From sequence record PQ464590.1: DNA of 64,000 bases; one strand, 5' to 3'. Within the stretch, counting starts at the first letter, position 1; every line of letters starts with the position of its first letter. Shown one piece after another: positions 19,710-28,038 of this stretch. The notes beneath the pieces are model-generated. The model saw nothing but the letters and a program-made list of their open reading frames with translations, did no database searches and was not told the origin of the DNA. The translations under genes and the position numbers were made by a program.

Positions 19710-19767
19710 TTTATTGCCTCATTTGTTGGATACGGCAGCGTATCATATTAAATTCAGGATGTCAACG

Positions 19768-20057
19768 AAAAAGGCCAGCTTTCGCTGACCTTTGTTGAGT
19801 ACTATTGCAGTACTACTTTAGATGACATGGAACTATTGCAGTTCCATATGGGGTGGGAAAAAGGCTACTAAGTCTTACAGTACTGCGATAGTACTTGCAG
19901 AGTAGCGTGGTTTGATTTGATAATCATGTGAGTAGCAGCCACCTGTTAGTATGAAGTTCCAGGTCCGAACGAATCGTCCTCACATATTGCATAATATCCT
20001 ACAATAGTCCCTAAGCATATTCCAAATTGTGATATTACATTGGATATGAAGCTCGTT
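19768..20057 (-). ncRNA. candidate ~290 nt structured non-coding RNA
   Basis: No plausible ORF; TATAAT at 20063-20068; several hairpins; ends in terminator AAAGGTCAGCGAAAGCTGGCCTTTTT. Confidence 0.5.
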
Positions 20058-20075
20058 GACTGATTATATATCTAT

Positions 20076-20498
20076 TTACTCATCCCCGTAGTTCACGTAC
20101 TTATACCCTGCGATATCCAGTACGTTTATAGCGTTGAAATCTTTTTCGTCAAGGCCATCACGTTCTTTCATCATAATATGTTTTGCTTCTTCTAAAGAGT
20201 AAGCAGTACAGATTACACAACCACGCCAACCTAAATCGAGTTCATAGATCCGCAGTACTTTCTCGTTCGAAAGTGGGTCAAGCGTAGGATCTTCGAAAGC
20301 AATGCTTTCTACATTCGTCGCATCAATTACAACACCTGATGACGTGAAGTGATACTCACGCCGCCCTCCATAACCATACGTTGAATGAATAGTACATTCA
20401 TCGTAGATGGAGCCAGCTTTGGTTTTGATTGCGAACGTTGCCCCTTCGATGTTGAACAACTGGCTGTATGTGTAACTCTCAATAGAAATAAATCTCAT
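20076..20498 (-). CDS. hypothetical protein (paralog of 20495-20767)
   Basis: TKAGSIYDECT...NVESIAFED vs TKSGYVYHNCT...DVVNVAFED. Confidence 0.8.
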   Translation of the reverse strand: MRFISIESYTYSQLFNIEGATFAIKTKAGSIYDECTIHSTYGYGGRREYHFTSSGVVIDATNVESIAFEDPTLDPLSNEKVLRIYELDLGWRGCVICTAYSLEEAKHIMMKERDGLDEKDFNAINVLDIAGYKYVNYGDE

Positions 20499-20767
20499 TC
20501 TTCACCCTCTGGATAGTCTTTCATGAATTGTTCTTTGTCTGCATCTTCGAATGCTACGTTTACAACATCTTCAGGCCAGATAGTACCTGAATAGTGATTG
20601 AAGCGGTAGTTATCGAATTCTGCACTACGTGTCCAACCTTGCTCCCACGAAACAGTACAGTTGTGATACACATAACCGGACTTCGTTTCAACACTAATTG
20701 AATCAACTGTTTCATATAGTGTCCCGATACGTGTAGCATGACTTTTGTTGAACGGAACAAAATTCAT
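20495..20767 (-). CDS. hypothetical protein
   Basis: 90 aa. Confidence 0.8.
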   Translation of the reverse strand: MNFVPFNKSHATRIGTLYETVDSISVETKSGYVYHNCTVSWEQGWTRSAEFDNYRFNHYSGTIWPEDVVNVAFEDADKEQFMKDYPEGEE

Positions 20768-20768
20768 A

Positions 20769-21050
20769 TTACAGACCTTTTACCAGTTTAGGGAATTGTT
20801 CTACAATATCAGTTGCGAGTTGGTAGAATTTCTCAACATCCTGCATTGCAAGGTGCAGAGTATGGAACAGTACTGGATCGTTCAGCAATGCACTGTGACG
20901 ACCACCTTCCATCACGAAAATGCGGAAACCTTGCTGTACTGAACCACTGACAGAAGCACCCCAGTCGATGATGTTTCCTTTTTGATCCTGCTTGCGTACA
21001 CCAAAATCGTAGTTGGTAAAGAACTGATGAAAACCAGATAAATCTTTCAT
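20769..21050 (-). CDS. hypothetical protein
   Basis: 93 aa. Confidence 0.75.
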   Translation of the reverse strand: MKDLSGFHQFFTNYDFGVRKQDQKGNIIDWGASVSGSVQQGFRIFVMEGGRHSALLNDPVLFHTLHLAMQDVEKFYQLATDIVEQFPKLVKGL

Positions 21051-21081
21051 TATAAATCCTCGTCTTGTTAAAGTTCGATTA

Positions 21082-21522
21082 TTATAACAGATTGCGGAGC
21101 CTTGTCAACTGTTGAACGAATTCTCTTTCAGTAAGAACAGTCTCGTTGATTTTGTTCTTTCCCATACTGTGAGTCAACGTAGCTTTGCCAGTAGCTTTCA
21201 ATGCTGCCTTGAACTTGGTATTCAAGAATATAGCATCATATGCCCTGGTAATCAAGTCCTGATACTCTTGGGAGTCACGTTTGATTGGTGTACCTTTCCA
21301 GTACAGAGTTTGTTCCCTGTACCATTTCTTTTTCTTACCCTTGAACTTAGCAGCCTTTCCGACGAGAGTACAAACGTGTTCTTGCATCTCTGGGTTACTA
21401 AATTTTAGACTTTGTAAGAATCCTTCCATTGAAGCACATTCAACCCCGTCAATGGTAAAACCATGCGGGGAGAAGTTACTCAATGAACAGGATGGGTAGC
21501 TTGTACCTGATCCTATGTCCAT
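21082..21522 (-). CDS. NADAR-family protein (T4 gp30.3-like)
   Basis: LSNFSPHGFTIDGVECASMEGFLQSLKF...FKAALKATG..LTHSMG...TVLTEREF. Confidence 0.75.
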   Translation of the reverse strand: MDIGSGTSYPSCSLSNFSPHGFTIDGVECASMEGFLQSLKFSNPEMQEHVCTLVGKAAKFKGKKKKWYREQTLYWKGTPIKRDSQEYQDLITRAYDAIFLNTKFKAALKATGKATLTHSMGKNKINETVLTEREFVQQLTRLRNLL

Positions 21523-21530
21523 AGTTATTC

Positions 21531-22013
21531 CTAATAAAATTCTAGTTCTCGTTCATCTTCTGGTGTGAATTCCAATTGTTTAGCACGACTAACCAATTTC
21601 AAAAACTGTTCTTCATTTAGCGGATAGAATGTTTGAACAGTACTGTATTGGAATACTTCCTCTTCAGTTGGTTCAGTACTGAATGATGAGAAATCAATTC
21701 CGTATATTGCACCCTCGAATAAAATATTCATACCATGTTCGAAGATGTCAAGGTAAATGGATTCATGACAGTAAGAACCGTCACCAATACTTACTGAACC
21801 GAAATTGTATTTGTACTCACACCATGCGTTGGTTACTTTTCCACCAACAATCGCATCCCCGTTGTAATAGAACGTACAAACAAAATGTTCTTCATCTTCA
21901 TTTGGACGCTCTTCTTTGAAGAGTGCACACTCAATAGCTTTTGCTTGTTCAATGCGTTTGTCGAACCAAGCACATGATGCGTCAACTACAAAATCTAGGG
22001 ATGCGTTGCTCAT
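21531..22013 (-). CDS. EEExFQxST-module family protein
   Basis: PTEEEVFQYSTVQTF. Confidence 0.8.
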   Translation of the reverse strand: MSNASLDFVVDASCAWFDKRIEQAKAIECALFKEERPNEDEEHFVCTFYYNGDAIVGGKVTNAWCEYKYNFGSVSIGDGSYCHESIYLDIFEHGMNILFEGAIYGIDFSSFSTEPTEEEVFQYSTVQTFYPLNEEQFLKLVSRAKQLEFTPEDERELEFY

Positions 22014-22022
22014 TATAGTTCC

Positions 22023-22280
22023 TTAGAGAGATTCAGATGGTTGTGCTTGATGCCAATCTCTGAAGTACCAGTTCTTGGCATTCGCTTCTGACATATCAAG
22101 TTCAGTTGGCTTTACCAGTACTTTACCATCATAAAAATGTTTCTCCCAAAATAAAGAACCATTCTTGGTGATGTACAGACGTTCATTTGAACTAAAGAAT
22201 GGTTGCTCAATATAAGCACCGTTCTTCCAAGATTTAGCTAGCTTAGCTTTGATTTCTTCAATTTTCATTCGAACTCCCAT
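22023..22280 (-). CDS. hypothetical protein
   Basis: 85 aa. Confidence 0.75.
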   Translation of the reverse strand: MGVRMKIEEIKAKLAKSWKNGAYIEQPFFSSNERLYITKNGSLFWEKHFYDGKVLVKPTELDMSEANAKNWYFRDWHQAQPSESL

Positions 22281-22816
22281 GAATCTTGTGGATAGTTATT
22301 CACCCACGTTCCATTAGAACGCTTCTGATGTTCAGCACTGACTTCCCACAATGCAGGTGGCAGTACTGGAATGATAATGTCTTCTTCGATTTCGAGAATC
22401 TGGACATTAGACACGCAACGGCAATGACCCCAATCGTACTGAACAGGAGTACCGATGTAATCAACCAGTACTGAATACGGATTCACATTGTCACAGAAAG
22501 TTTCGAACTCTTCATCAGTACAACCAGCACGAGGAATTGGCTCTACGATGTGCATGATGTCTTCGAGGAAGTCTTTAGTTACATGACCTTCGTGGTACGC
22601 AGTAAGAAGAACTTCTGCCAGTACTGAAGAATCAACTTCTTCATTACCCAGACCATCTTCGTTCGCTGCAAAACGCTTCAACACATAAAGCAGTGAATTG
22701 ATATGTTCACGTGGGAAGTCGTAGTGACGAGTTGTGCGATAGTCATCACCATCGTTCTCCCATGATTCTACGAATACTGCAATACCTTTTGGAATTACTT
22801 GGCCTGGTTCGAACAT
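22265..22816 (-). CDS. hypothetical protein
   Basis: Start moved to MFEPGQ; SWENDGDDYRT motif. Confidence 0.8.
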   Translation of the reverse strand: MFEPGQVIPKGIAVFVESWENDGDDYRTTRHYDFPREHINSLLYVLKRFAANEDGLGNEEVDSSVLAEVLLTAYHEGHVTKDFLEDIMHIVEPIPRAGCTDEEFETFCDNVNPYSVLVDYIGTPVQYDWGHCRCVSNVQILEIEEDIIIPVLPPALWEVSAEHQKRSNGTWVNNYPQDSWEFE

Positions 22817-23220
22817 TATATTTCTTCCTGTAGTAAAGTTGATAGTTCTGCTAGGAGTACTAAAGACTCCGGTGAAATACAAGGTACATCATGTACGAGT
22901 GAGTACTGGAACAATTCTTCTTCTGATAGATTCAAGTAATCAGATGTGGAAAATTCATACCTTTTGTACGGACTTGCAATATCAATAGTTATAGAAAGTG
23001 CAGTTACAAATACTTCATACTCGTACAAGTAATCGTTATCTGGTTCTCCATTTACCCATTTACAAACTTCGATTTCAGTACAGATACCGTACTGACCATC
23101 GTAGCCGTCATAGTACATCACATAATCAATTTTGTCAGTCGCACGACGTTCCAAATCAACGGTCGGTTTCGATTTGAACCACTGAACTAAATCAATAATT
23201 ACTTCATCTGGGATTAGCAT
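22816..23220 (-). CDS. EEExFQxST-module family protein
   Basis: LSEEELFQYSLVHDV. Confidence 0.8.
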   Translation of the reverse strand: MLIPDEVIIDLVQWFKSKPTVDLERRATDKIDYVMYYDGYDGQYGICTEIEVCKWVNGEPDNDYLYEYEVFVTALSITIDIASPYKRYEFSTSDYLNLSEEELFQYSLVHDVPCISPESLVLLAELSTLLQEEI

Positions 23221-23576
23221 GTATATTCTCCCACGAATTTCGATAGATCAACTATAGCACGAAATTCGGCTTCCGTCAAATGCAAATGATCTTGAATCGT
23301 GCAGTACTGGAAATATTCTTCTTCAGTTATTGGAGTACTGAACATCGTTGTATCAATAATGTACGTATCTTCGTGATACTCATTAAAAGCTACGATGACC
23401 TTATGAGAAGATATATGTAATGAATGCCAATCATTGTCAATTTTTTGATACATATCCAATTTATGTATTCTTTTGTTAGCGATATCTAGTGAACATAAGA
23501 ACTTTAAATCGTCAGTTACGCTGTCTTTAAGGTTCGAAGTCCTTGCCCAATGTATAAACTCACTGATCGCGTGCAT
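23214..23576 (-). CDS. EEExFQxST-module family protein
   Basis: ITEEEYFQYCTIQDH. Confidence 0.8.
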   Translation of the reverse strand: MHAISEFIHWARTSNLKDSVTDDLKFLCSLDIANKRIHKLDMYQKIDNDWHSLHISSHKVIVAFNEYHEDTYIIDTTMFSTPITEEEYFQYCTIQDHLHLTEAEFRAIVDLSKFVGEYTC

Positions 23577-23979
23577 GTTTCAAATCCCGTAGCATCAGAG
23601 AAATGTGAACCAACATTTCAAAGTCCTCACGGCTTAGCATATCATGAACGCCAATTGTGCAGTACTGGAAATATGACTCATCTGTTACTTCAGATGTAAA
23701 GAACGAGGTATCAATCTCGTAATCATCAACAACGTCTTCATTCAATGAAACACGAAGCAGGTCATGATAGATCGTTACCAGATGCCATGTACCCATTGAA
23801 CCTACACGCTGACAGAACTCAACGAACTCTATATCGTCGTAGTAAGGTGTTTCTTCACCGCAGTTCATGTCGGATCGACAATAGTACAGACAGTACTCTC
23901 GTACATCGCCTTGACCAATATAATCAATTTCTGGCTTAGTAAGGAACCACTCATAGAAATGCTTGAAATTGTAATTCAT
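23560..23979 (-). CDS. EEExFQxST-module family protein
   Basis: VTDESYFQYCTIGVHD. Confidence 0.8.
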   Translation of the reverse strand: MNYNFKHFYEWFLTKPEIDYIGQGDVREYCLYYCRSDMNCGEETPYYDDIEFVEFCQRVGSMGTWHLVTIYHDLLRVSLNEDVVDDYEIDTSFFTSEVTDESYFQYCTIGVHDMLSREDFEMLVHISLMLRDLKHARDQ

Positions 23980-24000
23980 AAAGCACCTTTATATAGATAT

Positions 24001-24026
24001 AAAAAATGGACTCCAAGTGGAGTCCA
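24001..24026 (-). terminator. intrinsic terminator
   Basis: TGGACTCCACTTGGAGTCCATTTTTT. Confidence 0.75.
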
Positions 24027-24032
24027 ACTAAT

Positions 24033-24284
24033 TTACTTTTGAATCTTTCCTTTACGTCCAACACAGTACCGTGAAGGTGCAAAGCCGAACCACGCTTCAA
24101 ATGAACCATTCATACGATTCACCTTAGAACGGATTTCTTTATCCCAACGCTTATAGAATGCATCTTCTTCTAATGCTTGAGCACTATAGCAGTCCGACAT
24201 ATACAACTCGAATGGGAACCATCCAGCAGCTTTACGTAGTTTGTCAATTTTCTTTTTGTTTCTTTTGATAAGTTTGCGTTTCAT
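24033..24284 (-). CDS. hypothetical basic protein
   Basis: 83 aa; GAGG RBS. Confidence 0.75.
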   Translation of the reverse strand: MKRKLIKRNKKKIDKLRKAAGWFPFELYMSDCYSAQALEEDAFYKRWDKEIRSKVNRMNGSFEAWFGFAPSRYCVGRKGKIQK

Positions 24285-24291
24285 GCAATCC

Positions 24292-24840
24292 TCATTTTCT
24301 CAACCAATATCCGGTTGGTGGCTTTGTGATATTATATTTTACACATTTTTTACCAATTGTTCTGTCTGAACAACCATATATTTTTGCTATTTCAGTAGCT
24401 GGCATTTTCCAAATTAATTCAGAAAGTATATCTTTATCAATGGGAAATTTTTCTGGTTGGGAACAAGCAGAACAACTTACAGAACAAAAAGAATGTCCTT
24501 TATACTTTGTAACAAAGTTATTCTTACACCATAGACACGGCTTTGTTTCTTCTTCGAACCATTCATAGTCATCAGGTAAATTCCGTTGTTCTTTAAAATG
24601 AATCCGAAAATGTTCACTATGGGATAAAACTTCCAAATTAGCAGAATCATTATTAAGTTTATTTTCATCTAAGTGATGGACATGCTCATCTGTAGTTAAC
24701 CATCTACCGAGTTTCAATGATGCATTGTGACGATGTAAATAAACTCTTCCCGAATTACCAGTGGAGAGAGGATGTTCGTAATCTATGAAATAGAAATAAC
24801 CATTGTTTATTCCTGAAATTTCTATATTTTTATTGTACAT
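24292..24840 (-). CDS. free-standing HNH homing endonuclease
   Basis: RVYLHRH...EHVHHLDENKLNNDSANLEVLSHSEHFRIH; CxxC/CSxxC Zn motif; C-terminal HTH; AT-rich. Confidence 0.85.
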   Translation of the reverse strand: MYNKNIEISGINNGYFYFIDYEHPLSTGNSGRVYLHRHNASLKLGRWLTTDEHVHHLDENKLNNDSANLEVLSHSEHFRIHFKEQRNLPDDYEWFEEETKPCLWCKNNFVTKYKGHSFCSVSCSACSQPEKFPIDKDILSELIWKMPATEIAKIYGCSDRTIGKKCVKYNITKPPTGYWLRK

Positions 24841-24856
24841 ATTTTTTTAAACCGTT

Positions 24857-24942
24857 TGGAGAAGATGACAGGACTCGAACCTGCGTAAACTATTCGCCTC
24901 CTGATTGGAAATCAGGTGCTCTACCAACTGAGCTACATCTTC
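24857..24942 (-). tRNA. tRNA-Gly(TCC) with long variable region
   Basis: Acceptor GAAGATG/CATCTTC, U73, CCA; anticodon stem CCTGA/TCAGG with loop TTTCCAA; T-loop TTCGAGT; 15 nt variable region. Confidence 0.85.
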
Positions 24943-25189
24943 GTATGGCCCTGAATGCACCGGAATTACATCACTGTCGTTAACATGAGGGCCGTTTTTT
25001 ATTTTGTAAGGCCACCCTATTCAGTGAATGACTTCTTACCCGTTTTTTGCGTACTATATCTTCTACACTACTAGTCATGAACTGAAAGTGTGCACGCCTC
25101 GTGAAAGCTTACTAAGAAGCTAGCAGTACTGAATGGTCATTACTCATCAGTATTACTCTGCCCTGAATACAACCGCCCTGATATTTTAT

Positions 25190-25360
25190 TTATTTCTTCT
25201 GAACAGTACTTTTTGGTACACACAGAGATTCAGTGAACTTGAAATGAGATTTCAACGCATCACGTGCATCAATACAAGCTTTCTGGTCTTCAAATTCAAT
25301 ACCTGATAGGTTTCCGTAGTTATACGGACCCATACTCAACGCAAGTAAAATCCAAGTCAT
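25190..25360 (-). CDS. small hypothetical protein (56 aa)
   Basis: GGAG RBS; MTWILLALSMGPYNYGNLSGIEFEDQKACIDARD...; Cys pair as in 2880-3080. Confidence 0.65.
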   Translation of the reverse strand: MTWILLALSMGPYNYGNLSGIEFEDQKACIDARDALKSHFKFTESLCVPKSTVQKK

Positions 25361-25363
25361 TGT

Positions 25364-25621
25364 TCACTCCAAAATATGATAATCACCTGTACCGATGTGG
25401 CATTCTTTCGCACACTCACCAGTTAAGGCTTCAAGGATATCCAGAATACGCCATTCCGCTTCTGTGCCAGGAAGGAAGATATCATCTTGTTCCCACCACT
25501 CAACTAGTTTGTAGTACAAAATTACACCACAAATCCTATCGGAACGTTCTACATATTGTTTGATCACATCGTGCCATTCATTAGCTGGCAACGTTGCTAA
25601 AGTACTAATTTCCATTTTCAA
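25364..25621 (-). CDS. hypothetical protein
   Basis: 85 aa. Confidence 0.75.
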   Translation of the reverse strand: MKMEISTLATLPANEWHDVIKQYVERSDRICGVILYYKLVEWWEQDDIFLPGTEAEWRILDILEALTGECAKECHIGTGDYHILE

Positions 25622-25994
25622 ATTTCACAGTACTGAAGTCCCCATTGCAGATGATGTCAATCTTCTGATTAGAAGAACTTTCAGCCTGGGAGACTGTCAT
25701 GAAGTTATAGTTACGCTCTTTACGAGCAGGTACAGTTTGATGAACCGTACGCAGAACACGTCTAGCCACTGTACACTCACCGCCCTTCATTGAGCTATGG
25801 ATACCCCCATTCGTATGGAATGGAACCTCCAGACATTGATACATGAACTCTGAGTCATGGTACACGTTATGAGCCATGCCACGATTAACCTTAGTTAACC
25901 GTTTGAACTCATCAAGGCTTTCGTAAACACCGTGCAGAATCTGTTTACCATTGTTCGTTTTCTTTGAGTACTTCAGTACTAAGATAGCTTTCAT
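25605..25994 (-). CDS. hypothetical protein
   Basis: 129 aa. Confidence 0.75.
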   Translation of the reverse strand: MKAILVLKYSKKTNNGKQILHGVYESLDEFKRLTKVNRGMAHNVYHDSEFMYQCLEVPFHTNGGIHSSMKGGECTVARRVLRTVHQTVPARKERNYNFMTVSQAESSSNQKIDIICNGDFSTVKFENGN

Positions 25995-26206
25995 GAAGAA
26001 CCTTTTACATGTTGTAGTACAATTTCGAATTCAACGTTACGACCGTTGATGACAGTGAAATAAACGTCATTCAGTGAAAAGTACTCGTACTGAAGTTCTT
26101 GAGCTTCTTGACGAAACAATGCTTCATTCGCATACACGCCATGAATATTAGTCATGATATCATCTTCGTATTCATGATGTGCCAGTACTACAATAACAGT
26201 ACTCAT
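25991..26206 (-). CDS. hypothetical protein
   Basis: 71 aa. Confidence 0.75.
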   Translation of the reverse strand: MSTVIVVLAHHEYEDDIMTNIHGVYANEALFRQEAQELQYEYFSLNDVYFTVINGRNVEFEIVLQHVKGSS

Positions 26207-26472
26207 TTTTGCTCCTTCAGATACGTTGTGTATGTAGTGTTTGTATCACTCATACCATTGATACCCTTTAGCAGTTCACCACGAGACAAACTATTAGGAT
26301 CGAAATTAGGATTGTGATTCATGTAGTCCTTGGTGATATCCACCAGCTTCACTACATTCGCACGATTACGCACACAACCATTGATGTACGCAACTTCAAT
26401 TGCATCGGACTCATCCTTTGCAAGAATCAAATAGCGATTCCGTGCTTTACTGTACACATGAAATAGATACAT
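26203..26472 (-). CDS. hypothetical protein
   Basis: 89 aa. Confidence 0.75.
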   Translation of the reverse strand: MYLFHVYSKARNRYLILAKDESDAIEVAYINGCVRNRANVVKLVDITKDYMNHNPNFDPNSLSRGELLKGINGMSDTNTTYTTYLKEQK

Positions 26473-26476
26473 TTGT

Positions 26477-26716
26477 TTATGCCAGGTAAGAGATTAGAAC
26501 GATCATATCCATAGTGGCTAGGCCAGTGTCTTTGTCAATATATTCGACAGTGTAATCAGAGAAGAAAACGTTTAAATCTACGTCTTCACCTTTCAAGAAT
26601 ACACGATATTCATTCACTGAGTCAATAGTTTCTTCATCAATTTTATAAGGCATATGATGAAGAACAACTGCATCAGGATGTTGTTGTAGTAACTCTGCCA
26701 GTACTGAAGCTTTCAT
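26477..26716 (-). CDS. hypothetical protein (paralog of 26726-26938)
   Basis: MKASVLAELLQQHPDAVV vs MKAKDLIKELEKNPEATVV. Confidence 0.75.
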   Translation of the reverse strand: MKASVLAELLQQHPDAVVLHHMPYKIDEETIDSVNEYRVFLKGEDVDLNVFFSDYTVEYIDKDTGLATMDMIVLISYLA

Positions 26717-26725
26717 ATAGAATCC

Positions 26726-26938
26726 TTACAGAACGATGATTAGATCAGTGTTAGTAGTGATAACACCGTCGTTATCGATGGTTTCTGAAACAGTAGTTTC
26801 ATATGCACCATCCACTTCCGAACCAGCTTCCACTAGCTCAAACTCAGGTTCATATAAAATACCAGAAACAATATCAATAGCAACTACAGTTGCTTCTGGA
26901 TTTTTCTCTAGCTCTTTGATTAGGTCTTTGGCTTTCAT
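26726..26938 (-). CDS. hypothetical protein
   Basis: 70 aa; N-terminus also like 50800-51129. Confidence 0.75.
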   Translation of the reverse strand: MKAKDLIKELEKNPEATVVAIDIVSGILYEPEFELVEAGSEVDGAYETTVSETIDNDGVITTNTDLIIVL

Positions 26939-26959
26939 ATAGAATCCTCATTTGTAATT

Positions 26960-27044
26960 TGGTACGAACACTCGGACTTGAACCGAGAAGCAATGAAGCG
27001 GGGGATTTTAAATCCCCTGTGTTTACCAATTTCACCATGCTCGC
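26960..27044 (-). tRNA. tRNA-Leu(TAA)
   Basis: GCGAGCA/TGTTCGT acceptor; GGGGA-TTTAAAA-TCCCC anticodon arm; long variable arm; TTCAAGT; ACCA. Confidence 0.93.
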
Positions 27045-27051
27045 AATTAAA

Positions 27052-27125
27052 ATTGCACCCTGTTAATTCAGGCTTCTACCTTTACGGGGTAGGTCGTCAT
27101 TCTCCTTACGGGAGAAGAGTACAAT
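27052..27125 (-). ncRNA. tRNA-sized cloverleaf without tRNA loop consensus
   Basis: 7 bp closing stem ATTGTAC/GTGCAAT enclosing three hairpins. Confidence 0.45.
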
Positions 27126-27128
27126 ATT

Positions 27129-27197
27129 TGGCGGGGATGATCCGTACGCCTCCACGCGTTGGAATGCCACCAGGCGTATTACTCGGCTACATGCCCC
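27129..27197 (-). ncRNA. rod-like RNA ending in GCCA
   Basis: GGGG(C)ATG/CATCCCC plus GCCA; internal 7 bp stem TACGCCT/AGGCGTA. Confidence 0.45.
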
Positions 27198-27205
27198 ATT
27201 ATTCT

Positions 27206-27400
27206 TTATGCTTCGATCTTGAATTCTTGACGTACTAAAGTTTCTTTTGGAAACTTACTGTTCTGGAAATATGAATCCATGATATCAGCTTTGATCTCAT
27301 CTGTCAAGCTTTCGTTTTCATCTAACTGAACAGTAAAGGTATCAATTGATACACCATTCTCTTCAGGTTTAAAACATAACATTACTCGTACTTTTGTCAT
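27206..27400 (-). CDS. hypothetical protein (64 aa)
   Basis: True start MTKVRV after AAGGAAG; upstream extension in the ORF track lies inside tRNA-Asn. Confidence 0.7.
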   Translation of the reverse strand: MTKVRVMLCFKPEENGVSIDTFTVQLDENESLTDEIKADIMDSYFQNSKFPKETLVRQEFKIEA

Positions 27401-27415
27401 TTTTTCTTCCTTGTT

Positions 27416-27490
27416 TGGCGGTTCCGGCAGGATTCGAACCTGCGACACATTGATTAACAGTCAACCGATCTACCGCTGATCTACGGAACC
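27416..27490 (-). tRNA. tRNA-Asn(GTT)
   Basis: GGTTCCG/CGGAACC; anticodon loop CTGTTAA; TTCGAAT; GCCA. Confidence 0.93.
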
Positions 27491-27645
27491 TGATTAAGAG
27501 ACACCATCCTTACAAGTCAATCGATACGTACGCCCGAAAGGGGATGGATGGCATCTATTCTATTTATCTCTTCATTTGATAGACCAAAGTCTAGCATATT
27601 TTGATGAGGTTGTCCACCTTTTTATTCGAACTCTGCATCCAAGTA

Positions 27646-28038
27646 CTAAAGAACATGTGAACCTATCCTTATACCTATCATCTTAGATAATGTGTATGCA
27701 AATTGTGATTCTGCTGGACTCATGCCATGCATCTGACAAAATTCAAAGAACGAAGTTCCTGGTACGTATACGTACTTGGATAGGTTCACATGAATCTCTA
27801 TCATGTTGAAATCAATTTTGAACATTCGTACAGTTCTTTCAGAATGTTCTCTCTCAATAATACATAGCCCTAGAACGAATTGACATTCATCGTTGAATGC
27901 ATAGTAATGGTTGTAACTCAATTCGTACCCATTTCTAATTTCCGAATCAAAGCAACTTTTATCTAACTCTTTTTTTGTAGAAGAAGCATATCTACTCAAG
28001 TACCTCTGGAGGATATCAGTTTTAAAGAACATTTGCAC
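27646..28038 (-). CDS. hypothetical protein (paralog of 28022-28420)
   Basis: MFFKTDIL vs MFFSTDVL; C-terminal GMSPAESQ vs GFSKHELQ; possibly distant member of the FQxST family. Confidence 0.75.
   Translation of the reverse strand: MQMFFKTDILQRYLSRYASSTKKELDKSCFDSEIRNGYELSYNHYYAFNDECQFVLGLCIIEREHSERTVRMFKIDFNMIEIHVNLSKYVYVPGTSFFEFCQMHGMSPAESQFAYTLSKMIGIRIGSHVL

Noticed and set aside
24944-25186. Hammerhead ribozyme or complete group I intron
   Set aside because: CTGATGAG is present but no downstream GAAA core; the AAGATATAGT segment lacks room for P3-P6 and no interrupted gene is evident.
27401-27448. N-terminal extension MSQVRILPEPPNKEEK of ORF 27206-27448
   Set aside because: It is read-through of the tRNA-Asn T-arm; a good RBS precedes the ATG at 27400.
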